Positions 36,117 through 49,430 of a stretch of 64,000 bases of DNA are shown here, one piece after another. The stretch is from positions 404,389 to 468,388 of the forward strand of contig CM121343.1 in NCBI GenBank assembly GCA_051530055.1. The letters run 5' to 3'. Within the stretch, counting starts at the first letter, position 1. Each line of letters opens with the position of its first letter. The notes below the pieces were generated by a model. That model had not been told where the DNA came from. It searched no databases and saw nothing but the letters and a program-made list of their open reading frames with translations. This DNA is from Neoechinorhynchus agilis (taxonomy: Eukaryota > Animalia > Acanthocephala). The translations under genes were made by a program, and so were the position numbers.

Positions 36117-39100
36117 TGTTTTAATAGCAATTCAAGGCAAATTTAGGATTGCTAAATTGAGATTTTTTTAAAGATAGAGCGAATACTAATTTTCTAACAT
36201 TTATTATAGAAAAATAAAAGTGGTTCCGTAAAAGTTTTGATCATGGCGCTTTTAAGAACAAAAGACTGGGTTTATCTGGATTTAAAATCATCGATTTTGT
36301 GGCTAATACAATTTTTTGAACATTGAATCTGGATCAATTATCGTGAGTCTGCAAAGGTTTTAATAGCAATTCAAGGCAAATTTAGGATTGCTAAATTGAG
36401 ATTTTTTTAAAGAAAGAGCGAATACTAATTTTCTAACATTTATTATAGAAAAATAAAAGTGGTTCCGTAAAAGTTTTGATCATGGCGCGTTTAAGAACAA
36501 AAGACTGGGTTTATCTGGATTTAAAATCATCGATTTTGTGGCTAATACAATTTTTTGAACATTGAATCTGGATCAATTATCGTGAGTCTGCAAAGGTTTT
36601 AATAGCAATTCAAGGCAAATTTAGGATTGCTAAATTGAGATTTTTTTAAAGAAAGAGCGAATACTAATTTTCTAACATTTATTATAGAAAAATAAAAGTG
36701 GTTCCGTAAAAGTTTTGATCATGGCGCGTTTAAGAACAAAAGACTGGGTTTATCTGGATTTAAAATCATCGATTTTGTGGCTAATACAATTTTTTGAACA
36801 TTGAATCTGGATCAATTATCGTGAGTCTGCAAAGGTTTTAATAGCAATTCAAGGCAAATTTAGGATTGCTAAATTGAGATTTTTTTAAAGAAAGAGCGAA
36901 TACTAATTTTCTAACATTTATTATAGAAAAATAAAAGTGGTTCCGTAAAAGTTTTGATCATGGCGCCTTTAAGAACAAAAGACTGGGTTTATCTGGATTT
37001 AAAATCATCGATTTTGTGGCTAATACAATTTTTTGAACATTGAATCTGGATCAATTATCGTGAGTCTGCAAAGGTTTTAATAGCAATTCAAGGCAAATTT
37101 AGGATTGCTAAATTGAGATTTCTTTAAAGAAAGAGCGAATACTAATTTTCTAACATTTATTATAGAAAAATAAAAGTGGTTCCGTAAAAGTTTTGATCAT
37201 GGCGCCTTTAAGAACAAAAGACTGGGTTTATCTGGATTTAAAATCATCGATTTTGTGGCTAATACAATTTTTTGAACATTGAATCTGGATCAATTATCGT
37301 GAGTCTGCAAAGGTTTTAATAGCAATTCAAGGCAAATTTAGGATTGCTAAATTGAGATTTTTTTAAAGAAAGAGCGAATACTAATTTTCTAACATTTATT
37401 ATAGAAAAATAAAAGTGGTTCCGTAAAAGTTTTGATCATGGCGCGTTTAAGAACAAAAGACTGGGTTTATCTGGATTTAAAATCATCGATTTTGTGGCTA
37501 ATACAATTTTTTGAACATTGAATCTGGATCAATTATCGTGAGTCTGCAAAGGTTTTAATAGCAATTCAAGGCAAATTTAGGATTGCTAAATTGAGATTTC
37601 TTTAAAGAAAGAGCGAATACTAATTTTCTAACATTTATTATAGAAAAATAAAAGTGGTTCCGTAAAAGTTTTGATCATGGCGCGTTTAAGAACAAAAGAC
37701 TGGGTTTATCTGGATTTAAAATCATCGATTTTGTGGCTAATACAATTTTTTGAACATTGAATCTGGATCAATTATCGTGAGTCTGCAAAGGTTTTAATAC
37801 AATTGGCAAATTTAGGATGCTAAATTGAGATTTTTTAAAGAAAGAGCGAATACTAATTTTCTAACATTTATTATGAAAAAAAAAGTGGTTCCTAAAAGTT
37901 TTGATCATGGCGCGTTTAAGAACAAAAGACTGGTTTATCTGGATTTAAAATCATCGATTTTGTGGCTAATACAATTTTTTGAACATTGAATCTGATCAAT
38001 TATCGTGAGTCTGCAAAGGTTTTAATAGCAATTCAAGGCAAATTTAGGATTGCTAAATTGAGATTTTTAAAGAAAGAGCGAATACTAATTTTCTAACATT
38101 TATTATAGAAAAATAAAAGTGGTTCCGTAAAAGTTTTGATCATGGCGCGTTTAAGAACAAAAGACTGGGTTTATCTGGATTTAAAATCATCGATTTTGTG
38201 GCTAATACAATTTTTTGAACATTGAATCTGATCAATTATCGTGAGTCTGCAAAGGTTTTAATAGCAATTCAAGGCAAATTTAGGATTGCTAAATTGAGAT
38301 TTTTTTAAAGAAAGAGCGAATACTAATTTTCTAACATTTATTATAGAAAAATAAAAGTGGTTCCGTAAAAGTTTTGATCATGGCGCGTTTAAGAACAAAA
38401 GACTGGGTTTATCTGGATTTAAAATCATCGATTTTGTGGCTAATACAATTTTTTGAACATTGAATCTGGATCAATTATCGTGAGTCTGCAAAGGTTTTAA
38501 TAGCAATTCAAGGCAAATTTAGGATTGCTAAATTGAGATTTTTTTAAAGAAAGAGCGAATACTAATTTTCTAACATTTATTATAGAAAAATAAAAGTGGT
38601 TCCGTAAAAGTTTTGATCATGGCGCCTTTAAGAACAAAAGACTGGGTTTATCTGGATTTAAAATCATCGATTTTGTGGCTAATACAATTTTTTGAACATT
38701 GAATCTGGATCAATTATCGTGAGTCTGCAAAGGTTTTAATAGCAATTCAAGGCAAATTTAGGATTGCTAAATTGAGATTTTTTTAAAGAAAGAGCGAATA
38801 CTAATTTTCTAACATTTATTATAGAAAAATAAAAGTGGTTCCGTAAAAGTTTTGATCATGGCGCGTTTAAGAACAAAAGACTGGGTTTATCTGGATTTAA
38901 AATCATCGATTTTGTGGCTAATACAATTTTTTGAACATTGAATCTGGATCAATTATCGTGAGTCTGCAAAGGTTTTAATAGCAATTCAAGGCAAATTTAG
39001 GATTGCTAAATTGAGATTTTTTTTAAAGAAAGAGCGAATACTAATTTTCTAACATTTATTAAAGAAAAACCAAAACTGGTCCTTCAAAGGTTTTGATCAT

Positions 39101-39130
39101 GGCGCGTTTAAGAACAAAAGACGGGGTTTA
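36117..39130. repeat. Satellite array, 239-bp AT-rich monomer, ~12.5 copies
   Basis: ttttaatagcaattcaaggcaaatttagg...gtgagtctgcaaagg recurs every 239 bp. The last unit is degenerate. Confidence 0.97.
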
Positions 39131-39351
39131 TTTGGGCTGCGAAACCCCCACGTTGAATTTCTTTAAAATAAGTGAGGTCATAGAAATAATGATCTCCTGA
39201 AGTTGCACTTTTTTGACAAAAGCGGAAATGCTTCGGGAAAATGAGAGCCATCATTAGCTCGACGAAGCACGAATTAAAATCGCATCGGTAATATTAACGA
39301 GCACGATTACCCTTCCACACACACACGGCCACACCTCTTGCTAAATGGCAA

Positions 39352-40446
39352 TCATTCTTGGTCCATAGAAACCACCAAGGCGCGATCGAATAAGCTCCCG
39401 ATCACTGCCGCAGTTTGATTGGTAGTATCGGCAAGTCCACGTGGATTCATCTGTAAAAACAAAGCGTTGATTCGCTCAATGATATCGCCGTGAGTTTCCT
39501 CCAGAGGTAGTCTTGGGGGTCTTCTAAAAACCAGAGAAAGTAACCTCGCTTGCGTCTTATTTAAAGTATGAGTTCGACCGGACATATAAAATGCTATCAC
39601 ATAATTATTTGCTGCTATAATGAAGGGTAAATCAAAAAGCACACTCTGTTGCCTTCTTCAATAAAGCATCATTTATGTCGTTTCTAAAGGGAAAAGGAGG
39701 GTATAAACGTGGATGCAGAAAGGCTTACCATTTTAATTATCCGGTCATTCACAATGAGCCACTCATTGATCATGTTAAGAAAGTACTTTTTAGCGTTTGA
39801 GAACTCCACGCTGTCTAAGGCCTTCTTGGTTAGAGCTGATAGACGGACAAACTTGTCACGGAACAATTTCAGTAGTTTCTGGACTTCGGCTTCTTCGTTA
39901 GTTTCGTCGCGAATGAGACGGTCAAGGACTTGTTTGGACGCGTAGACTTGTTCTCTAAGGGCTTTAAACTTCAACCGTGAGCTCACTCTATACGAATTCT
40001 CGGCTACTGTGATTTTTCGAAATGATTTGATGGCGAAATCGATACAAATATCTTTTGGGAACTGTTTCAGTTCCGGTAACTCATAAGCAAGCAAATGCCG
40101 GCAAATTGGACATTTAAAGTGGTGCTGACAAGTAAAATCACTTCCACGGTAGGAGGATAAAGGTTGTTTTTTCTGAAGAATACGCCCCCTCCCGATTTTT
40201 GGAATATCCCCCTTCGCTATCGAGTAGTCCGAGCGCTGTGCAAGTGTCACAAGGCCTCAATCCTTTCTTCTTAACCTCTATGATGCATTTTCTACAGAAT
40301 ATGTGTCCACAGTCGGGAATTACCATCGGATCCTTAAAAACGTCCAAGCAAATGCAACATTCAGTGTTATCACCTATACTGCGAACTACGTCATCCGAAT
40401 CATCAGACTTAACTGGTGGTACGATGCCATTAAGTAGTGATTCCAT
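39352..40446 (-). CDS. RING-HC zinc-finger protein with a helical C-terminal region, multi-exon
   Basis: CCICLDVFKDPMVIPDCGHIFCRKCIIE joins HHFKCPICR through a predicted GT-AG intron at 40125-40275. The gene probably continues into ORF 39352-39642. Confidence 0.7.
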
Positions 40447-40913
40447 CTTAAATGCTTTCTAGAAGACATTGATTCTCATTATAGAAGAAATGGGCGCCAC
40501 GGACCCCCGCCGTCGCCGCCTTTCCACGCGCACGTGACGCAATGCGTCCCATAGGCGATGTTACGTACAATGCTTTCGTGTCATCCGCACAAAAACACTC
40601 ATCGGAAACCGACCGTGACGTAGGAGGAGGAAAATACACTAATCGCGTCCATCTTTGATGTTAAAAACCGTTCTTACCGATGCGCATCTGATGACGTCAC
40701 TCCATTGAATATTTCTTAAGTTTGTTGTGGCGACAAAAATTATGTAAAGTTTTTGCTCGCCTCTAGCAATCTTGCTCTGGATTAAGCCGAAATATCGATC
40801 CAATAAATTTATATAATTTTTGTCGCCACTACCCACAACAATCCAATGAGAACAGTTTCATTTTTCAATATTTCTCAAGCGGTTGTTTTATAAACCCGAG
40901 AATTATTCACATT

Positions 40914-41024
40914 ATATTTCGTGGGCAAAATCCACTTCTTCAGACAAGGTAAGTTTTTAGAGCTTACATATTTAAAAGCTTACCTCAGCAATGTCTGAAG
41001 AGGTGGATTTTGTCCACGAAATAT
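40914..41024. other. Long imperfect hairpin (pre-miRNA-like or MITE relic)
   Basis: atatttcgtgggcaaaatccacttcttcagaca pairs with tgtctgaagaggtggattttgtccacgaaatat. Inner aggtaagttttta pairs with taaaagcttacct. Confidence 0.7.
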
Positions 41025-41088
41025 TAAATAAAATGAATAATTCTAACAAGAATATTTTTCCACCCAAATGTGATCCAGCATGAAATTT

Positions 41089-41381
41089 AGTTGTTTTATG
41101 GGGCGTAGAAAAATTAGGGTTTCAATCCACGATTGCCGATGACTCACAACCCAAAGGGCGAAATATCTCGTTGAAGGGGAGAGGAAACTCACTGATAAGT
41201 CCCGTCTTCCCGGGACTCGATAAATACGAAAATATTTTTGTTCCAAAACGCTCGTGGGAGTAGCTATTTATTTAAAATATAATTCTAGTAAACTAGGTTG
41301 CTTGCACAAGATTGTGCCTCGCCGAAACCAATCGATTCAATAAAAAATCATTTTAATTTTTCTGCGCGCCAGAAAACAACC
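41089..41381. mobile_element. MITE-like element with ~27-bp imperfect TIRs, TA-flanked
   Basis: gttgttttatggggcgtagaaaaatt ... aatttttctgcgcgccagaaaacaacc. Same family as 12468-12587. Confidence 0.6.
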
Positions 41382-41706
41382 TATTTATAAACAGTTCAAT
41401 CCTTTCAAACACACTAAACGAGGGGAAAGATACTTTTTCTTAGTTTTGCCACCTCGGGGATTAAAAAAATTCGGCTAATCTATATTTCCCCGATATTTCA
41501 CATCGGTCGGATAATTCCGACATTTCCCCTCAAGGTATATCACACTTTGTGTAAAACTTACGAGCAACCAGAAATCCGGAGAGGAGCAAAACTACCAAAA
41601 GAATTCATTAAATTCGATTGTTTTCGGAGGAGTGGTTTTTTGACTCAATGAATTCTTTTAATTTCCCGGCATATAAAAACGTGCCATTCGTTGATTTCAG
41701 AGCTCA

Positions 41707-42642
41707 ATGGTTAATTACGGCCAATTAGTGATAGGTCCTGCAGGATCAGGAAAGGTTTGTCATTTAAGACTTTTTTATACTATTTCGATAAGTCTTCTTA
41801 TTGCGTCCGGTTACAAGAACATCTTGGTACAAAGGCTAAGGTGGTCAATATGGATCCTACGGTCATAGGCAACCTTGACTATCAAGCTTTTGGAGGTATT
41901 TTTCAAGATGTTCTCCTTTATAAACAATTTCTGATAACATTGAGACATACGAGATGTAATAACTACCAAAGAAATGATGGAAGGATTCGATCCCACTATT
42001 GGTCCGAACGCTGCTGTGCTCGCTTGTATTCGATATGTGAACTGCAACCCAGAATGGATTAATGAAATGTTCCTAGGAGATGATGACCTCTATGTTTTGT
42101 TCGATATGCCAGGTCAAATGGAATTGTATACTCACGCCGAATCCACTCTTGAGTTTTGCCATCTTCTTGAAAACCTCAGTTTCAAATTGTGTTCGGTGTT
42201 TCTTATCGATTCTATTTTCATCTCGGATGCAAGTAGATTCCTTGGATGCTCCTTGGCTGCTCTAACAGCCATGATGAATGTTCAACTTCCATCTATCTGC
42301 GTCATCACCAAACTTGACCTCTTATCGTCCGAACGAAGAGAGCAAATCGAAAGGTAAGTTGCGTTCAATTAAACTATTTAAACCGTGTGCGTGGGTGTTA
42401 GGATTGTGACGGATCCTTTGGATGAACGATGGAACACAGTAGATGTTCCAGCACACTCCCAGCATTTCTTTGAAACTCTCGCTCAAATTTTGCAATCGAA
42501 CCCGCACGTTCACCACAGGATATTCGATCGGGATGACTATGAGTGCATTAGTGAGCTTCTGACGGATATTGACATAATGATCGATCGTGTGAACATCGAT
42601 GACGTGAAGATGGACGACATCGACGCGGATTTCGACGATTAG
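41707..42642 (+). CDS. GPN3: GPN-loop GTPase 3
   Basis: YGQLVIGPAGSGK|SSYC, VVNMDP, GPN loop IGPN, LFDMPGQMELYTH, VITKLDLL. Predicted introns at 41755-41792, 41896-41944 and approx 42354-42401. Confidence 0.92.
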
Positions 42643-42659
42643 GATGCGCCGGGAATCCA

Positions 42660-42975
42660 CTTGCCGCCGCCGCCGCCGCCGCTGCTGGTGCTGCGACTCT
42701 GCAAAATGCATGAAAGTGCAAATACACACAAGTACGAGCGTCGTGCGCTTAGTGGTGGTGGTGGTGGTGGTGGTGGTGGCGATGGTGTCATAATTCACTC
42801 GTCCCATACACACACACGGATACTGCACGCACACACACACTCACATACGGGGCGTCCGAAAAGTGTGACGATTTACCACCGTTACGTCACACGAATCTAT
42901 GCGCGCACACGACGCATGCACAATTGGATTGATACCGCCGGAGTTCTCGCTCGCGCACACACACAAACTCACTGA
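42660..42975. repeat. Microsatellite-rich tract: (GCC)n, (GGT)n, (CA)n
   Basis: Directly visible simple repeats just 3' of the GPN3 stop codon. Confidence 0.85.
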
Positions 42976-43096
42976 GGAGTCCAATCCTAGAATCCAAATA
43001 TTACGATTTTAGTACCGACAATTAACGAGATCATAGAGATAATCCTTTAAAATTCTTAATGATTTAAATTACATTGATACATTCGTAAGTCGTTCT

Positions 43097-46000
43097 CGAA
43101 AAAAGGTTTTGTATCGTGCGGCTCGGGATTGCCGTTCCCGAGATTCGGGGACCGCATTTCCTGTCGTACTTTTTGATGTCTTATTCTGCGGACTAAAATA
43201 ACCACTTCTAAAACTCCATCCTCCCGAAGGATTTTCTCTTGATGAATACGGCGTAGGCCCGTGGTTTTGTGCGACTTGAAAATCTCAATTAATAATGGTA
43301 AGAATCTGCTATTTTAGTATCGAAAAAAGGTTTTGTATCGTGCGGCTCGGGATTGCCGTTCCCGAGATTCGGGGACCGCATTTCCGCTCGTAATCGCTGA
43401 TGTCTTATTCTGCGGATTAAAATAACCACTTCTAAAACTCCATCCTCCCGAAGGATTTTCTCTTGATGAATACGGCGTAGGCCCGTGGTTTTGTGCGACT
43501 TGAAAATCTCAATTAATAATGGTAAGAATCTGCTATTTTAGTATCGAAAAAAGGTTTTGTATCGTGCGGCTCGGGATTGCCGTTCCCGAGATTCGGGGAC
43601 CGCATTTCCGCTCGTAATCGCTGATGTCTTATTCTGCGGATTAAAATAACCACTTCTAAAACTCCATCCTCCCGAAGGATTTTCTCTTGATGAATACGGC
43701 GTAGGCCCGTGGTTTTGTGCGACTTGAAAATCTCAATTAATAATGGTAAGAATCTGCTATTTTAGTATCGAAAAAAGGTTTTGTATCGTGCGGCTCGGGA
43801 TTGCCGTTCCCGAGATTCGGGGACCGCATTTCCGCTCGTAATCGCTGATGTCTTATTCTGCGGATTAAAATAACCACTTCTAAAACTCCATCCTCCCGAA
43901 GGATTTTCTCTTGATGAATACGGCGTAGGCCCGTGGTTTTGTGCGACTTGAAAATCTCAATTAATAATGGTAAGAATCTGCTATTTTAGTATCGAAAAAA
44001 GGTTTTGTATCGTGCGGCGGGATTGCCGTTCCCGAATTCGGGGACCGCATTTCCGCTCGTACTCGCTGATGTCTTATTCTGCGGACTAAAATAACCACTT
44101 CTAAAACTCCATCCTCCCGAAGGATTTTCTCTTGATGAATACGGCGTAGGCCCGTGGTTTTGTGCGACTTGAAAATCTCAATTAATAATGGTAAGAATCT
44201 GCTATTTTAGTATCGAAAAAAGGTTTTGTATCGTGCGGCTCGGGATTGCCGTTCCCGAGATTCGGGGACCGCATTTCCGCTCGTAATCGCTGATGTCTTA
44301 TTCTGCGGATTAAAATAACCACTTCTAAAACTCCATCCTCCCGAAGGATTTTCTCTTGATGAATACGGCGTAGGCCCGTGGTTTTGTGCGACTTGAAAAT
44401 CTCAATTAATAATGGTAAGAATCTGCTATTTTAGTATCGAAAAAAGGTTTTGTATCGTGCGGCTCGGGATTGCCGTTCCCGAGATTCGGGGACCGCATTT
44501 CCGCTCGTAATCGCTGATGTCTTATTCTGCGGATTAAAATAACCACTTCTAAAACTCCATCCTCCCGAAGGATTTTCTCTTGATGAATACGGCGTAGGCC
44601 CGTGGTTTTGTGCGACTTGAAAATCTCAATTAATAATGGTAAGAATCTGCTATTTTAGTATCGAAAAAAGGTTTTGTATCGTGCGGCTCGGGATTGCCGT
44701 TCCCGAATTCGGGGACCGCATTTCCGCTCGTACTCGCTGATGTCTTATTCTGCGGACTAAAATAACCACTTCTAAAACTCCATCTCGAAGGATTTTCTCT
44801 TGATGAATACGGCGTAGGCCGTGGTTTTGGCGACTTGAAAATCTCAATTAATAATGGTAAGAATCTGCTATTTTAGTATCGAAAAAAGGTTTTGTATCGT
44901 GCGGCTCGGGATTGCCGTTCCCGAGATTCGGGGACCGCATTTCCGCTCGTACTCGCTGATGTCTTATTCTGCGGACTAAAATAACCACTTCTAAAACTCC
45001 ATCCTCCCGAAGGATTTTCTCTTGATGAATACGGCGTAGGCCCGTGGTTTTGTGCGACTTGAAAATCTCAATTAATAATGAAAAGAATCTGCTATTTTAG
45101 TATCGAAAAAAGGTTTTGTATCGTGCGGCTCGGGATTGCCGTTCCCGAGATTCGGGGACCGCATTTCCGCTCGTAATCGCTGATGTCTTATTCTGCGGAC
45201 TAAAATAACCACTTCTAAAACTCCATCCTCCCGAAGGATTTTCTCTTGATGAATACGGCGTAGGCCCGTGGTTTTGTGCGACTTGAAAATCTCAATTAAT
45301 AATGGTAAGAATCTGCTATTTTAGTATCGAAAAAAGGTTTTGTATCGTGCGGCTCGGGATTGCCGTTCCCGAGATTCGGGGACCGCATTTCCGCTCGTAC
45401 TCGCTGATGTCTTATTCTGCGGATTAAAATAACCACTTCTAAAACTCCATCCTCCCGAAGGATTTTCTCTTGATGAATACGGCGTAGGCCCGTGGTTTTG
45501 TGCGACTTGAAAATCTCAATTAATAATGGTAAGAATCTGCTATTTTAGTATCGAAAAAAGGTTTTGTATCGTGCGGCTCGGGATTGCCGTTCCCGAGATT
45601 CGGGGACCGCATTTCCGCTCGTAATCGCTGATGTCTTATTCTGCGGACTAAAATAACCACTTCTAAAACTCCATCCTCCCGAAGGATTTTCTCTTGATGA
45701 ATACGGCGTAGGCCCGTGGTTTTGTGCGACTTGAAAATCTCAATCAATAATGAAAAGAATCTGCTATTTTAGTATCGAAAAAGGTTTTGTATCGTGCGGC
45801 TCGGGATTGCCGTTCCCGAGATTCGGGGACCGCATTTCCGCTCGTAATCGCTGATGTCTTATTCTGCGGATTAAAATAACCACTTCTAAAACTCCATCCT
45901 CCCGAAGGATTTTCTCTTGATGAATACGGCGTAGGCCCGTGGTTTTGTGCGACTTGAAAATCTCAATTAATAATGGTAAGAATCTGCTATTTTAGTATCG

Positions 46001-46258
46001 AAAAAAGGTTTTGTATCGTGCGGCTCGGGATTGCCGTTCCCGAGATTCGGGGACCGCATTTCCGCTCGTAATCGCTGATGTCTTATTCTGCGGATTAAAA
46101 TAACCACTTCTAAAACTCCATCCTCCCGAAGGATTTTCTCTTGATGAATACGGCGTAGGCCCGTGGTTTTGTGCGACTTGAAAATCTCAATTAATAATGG
46201 TAAGAATCTGCTATTTTAGTATCGAAAAAAGGTTTTGTATCGTGCGGCTCGGGATTGC
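43097..46258. repeat. Satellite array, 224-bp monomer with a GC-rich hairpin, ~14 copies
   Basis: cgaaaaaaggttttgtatcgtgcggctcgggattgccgttcccgag... recurs at 43097, 43321 and 43545 onward. Confidence 0.97.
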
Positions 46259-47831
46259 AATGGACAAAAATATCAATGGTCGTTGCATTGACCATTGAAT
46301 ATTTCTCATAAAGGCCATAAAATAGTGTCAAATGATTATACGCGATCGCACGTCATTAAATCGATCGACTAATCATTAACCATTTATTTGTGTATGCGGT
46401 TGTGTGAGTGTTGTAAACGTTCTGTAAAAGTGGAATAAAGCGTCCACTTTACCTCAAATGGACAAAAATATCAATGGTCGTTGCATTGACCATTGAATAT
46501 TTCTCATAAAGGCCATAAAATAGTGTCAAATGATTATACGCGATCGCACGTCATTAAATCGATCGACTAATCATTAACCATTTATTTGTGTATGCGGTTG
46601 TGTGAGTGTTGTAAACGTTCTGTAAAAGGGGAATAAAGCGTCCACTTTACCTCAAATGGACAAAAATATCAATGGTCGTTGCATTGACCATTGAATATTT
46701 CTCATAAAGGCCATAAAATAGTGTCAAATGATTATACGCGATCGCACGTCATTAAACCGATCGACTAATCATTAACCATTTATTTGTGTATGCGGTTGTG
46801 TGAGTGTTGTAAACGTTCTGTAAAAGTGGAATAAAGCGTCCACTTTACCTCAAATGGACAAAAATATCAATGGTCGTTGCATTGACCATTGAATATTTCT
46901 CATAAAGGCCATAAAATAGTGTCAAATGATTATACGCGATCGCACGTCATTAAACCGATCGACTAATCATTAACCATTTATTTGTGTATGCGGTTGTGTG
47001 AGTGTTGTAAACGTTCTGTAAAAGTGGAGTAAAGCGTCCACTTTACCTCAAATGGACAAAAATATCAATGGTCGTTGCATTGACCATTGAATATTTCTCA
47101 TAAAGGCCATAAAATAGTGTCAAATGATTATACGCGATCGCACGTCATTAAACCGATCGACTAATCATTAACCATTTATTTGTGTATGCGGTTGTGTGAG
47201 TGTTGTAAACGTTCTGTAAAAGTGGAATAAAGCGTCCACTTTACCTCAAATGGACAAAAATATCAATGGTCGTTGCATTGACCATTGAATATTTCTCATA
47301 AAGGCCATAAAATAGTGTCAAATGATTATACGCGATCGCACGTCATTAAATCGATCGACTAATCATTAACCATTTATTTGTGTATGCGGTTGTGTGAGTG
47401 TTGTAAACGTTCTGTAAAAGTGGAATAAAGCGTCCACTTTACCTCAAATGGACAAAAATATCAATGGTCGTTGCATTGACCATTGAATATTTCTCATAAA
47501 GGCCATAAAATAGTGTCAAATGATTATACGCGATCGCACGTCATTAAACCGATCGACTAATCATTAACCATTTATTTGTGTATGCGGTTGTGTGAGTGTT
47601 GTAAACGTTCTGTAAAAGTGGAATAAAGCGTCCACTTTACCTCAAATGGACAAAAATATCAATGGTCGTTGCATTGACCATTGAATATTTCTCATAAAGG
47701 CCATAAAATAGTGTCAAATGATTATACGCGATCGCACGTCATTAAATCGATCGACTAATCATTAACCATTTATTTGTGTATGCGGTTGTGTGAGTGTTGT
47801 AAACGTTCTGTAAAAGTGGAATAAAGCGTCC
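46259..47831. repeat. Tandem array, 198-bp monomer, 8 copies, three hairpins per unit
   Basis: Unit aatggacaaaaatatcaatggtc...aaagcgtccactttacctca. Total length 1573 = 7x198 + 187. Confidence 0.97.
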
Positions 47832-48570
47832 TCCTTTCCCTATCCTTTTGCCCTGGTTTGCTTGTACAACGTTCAGTATTGATCTTCATCTTTTTGGTTA
47901 TTTAAAGTATTTTGACTCACGTGGCGTTTTCATCGGTAAAAATTGAGCGGTTCTTAAAAAAATCTATTTAATCGTCATTTTAGTTTATTAAAGATGCGTT
48001 ACCATATTTTTGTTCGTGTAATCAGAAAAGTTAAAGATTTTCGAAATATTCTGGGCTAATGTTGTTTGTCACGTTTGTTGGTTCCACCAGTCACGTCCTG
48101 TTCTCATTTATACTTTTTGGTGATGTTTGTGGTTGCGGCTCTTAAGCTGACATGAAGAATAATTATAAAGACATAAAAGATTTAGGTTGGTACTAAACTG
48201 CTTGTGCAATTTTTGTGATAGATTCATAAAATTCCGTGTGCTTTTGCGATTCAAATCGTTTCGCTTATTGTTTAAAATACATCATCCTTTTTATTTTTCT
48301 TAATGCAGTTGAACATTGATGACTTTAGCATCTTTGAGGGATGCCACTGATTATTATGGTTTCTTGGTAGGTTTACAACATTTTTTCCATCTTCTTTTTG
48401 TACAGATTTTTTCCCATTAGTTTCCTTCTCATTACTTTTTAAATATCATTCTAGCCAAATATTCGAAATTCCTTTCTTGTAATCACCTTGATTTGTATCT
48501 TCAAATTTTTTAATTTTAAGAAATACGAATATATGCTTCTCAAATATATTTTAATTCGAAAAGAGGACTC

Positions 48571-49430
48571 ATGAAGCAGATTGACGTTCACCCGACACAT
48601 CTAAGAACCGCTCTAACAGGTAAATATACAATTTAATAAATTTAAAACTTATATCTGCATGTAGACAGTAGTGATATGAATTGCGGTTATTGCTCTCACG
48701 ATAGAGCTTGTTTTTCAGAAAGCTGCAAAAAGAAAAAGAAAAGACACGATCAACTTGAGTTTCCTAGACTCGCAAAGATGGCAGGCGAACCTGCACATCT
48801 ATCAATGAGGTATTTAAATTGGTTGGGATTCTAAATAACGTAACTCGTTTTCGGTGTAGGCATCCGGTCTATTCATCAAAGATGAATTTAGATTCGGTTT
48901 TCACGGTGGATAAAATCAACGCTTGGAACCTCGTAAAAGGTCCTCTTGAAGTGCGCAAGAAACAGTATCGATCAATAGTCGTTGATAAGTATCGATTCAT
49001 CTAATATCTCAGTTATAAGCATTATTTCCCATAATAAGGCATCAGATGGCGTTTATCAGCTGCATGTATCCGGGCTGTAATTTGGTTGACGGGCAGACGG
49101 AATTAATTGAAATTGATGGTAATATTTACTGTTACCTTCATTTTATCTCGAAAATCGCCCCGCGCTGCTACCTGTGCTCTACGGTCATACTTGAGGTTTG
49201 TATCAAAAACGAATCATTTAGTCAAATTTCAAGGTATAGGACTTGTGCGAAATAGCCGAAACATATTGGCATCCTAAATGCGCGAATTGCATTCGATGTG
49301 GCTGCTCTGTCATTGAAATCGGATGCTATATGAGTGAAAGTGGTCTAATTTGCCTGAAAGGTAAAAGACTCGATAAGTATTTAATTAAGAAAAAATATTA
49401 GAACACAATTCTGTACTTGGAAGCCAATAA
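48571..49430 (+). CDS. LIM-domain protein, multi-exon (boundaries approximate)
   Basis: Spliced reading CYLCSTVILE|DLCEIAETYWHPKCANCIRCGCSV...GLICLK fits the LIM C2HC-C4 spacing. A preceding half LIM ends IYCYLH. Confidence 0.6.

Noticed and set aside
36117-39130. snRNA/SL array based on AATTTTTTGA
   Set aside because: The Sm-like tract is expected by chance in this AT-rich unit, and there are no convincing flanking stems or donor.
43097-46258. Hammerhead ribozyme satellite
   Set aside because: The closest motif is CTGATGT, not CUGANGA, and there is no matching GAAA/stem arrangement.
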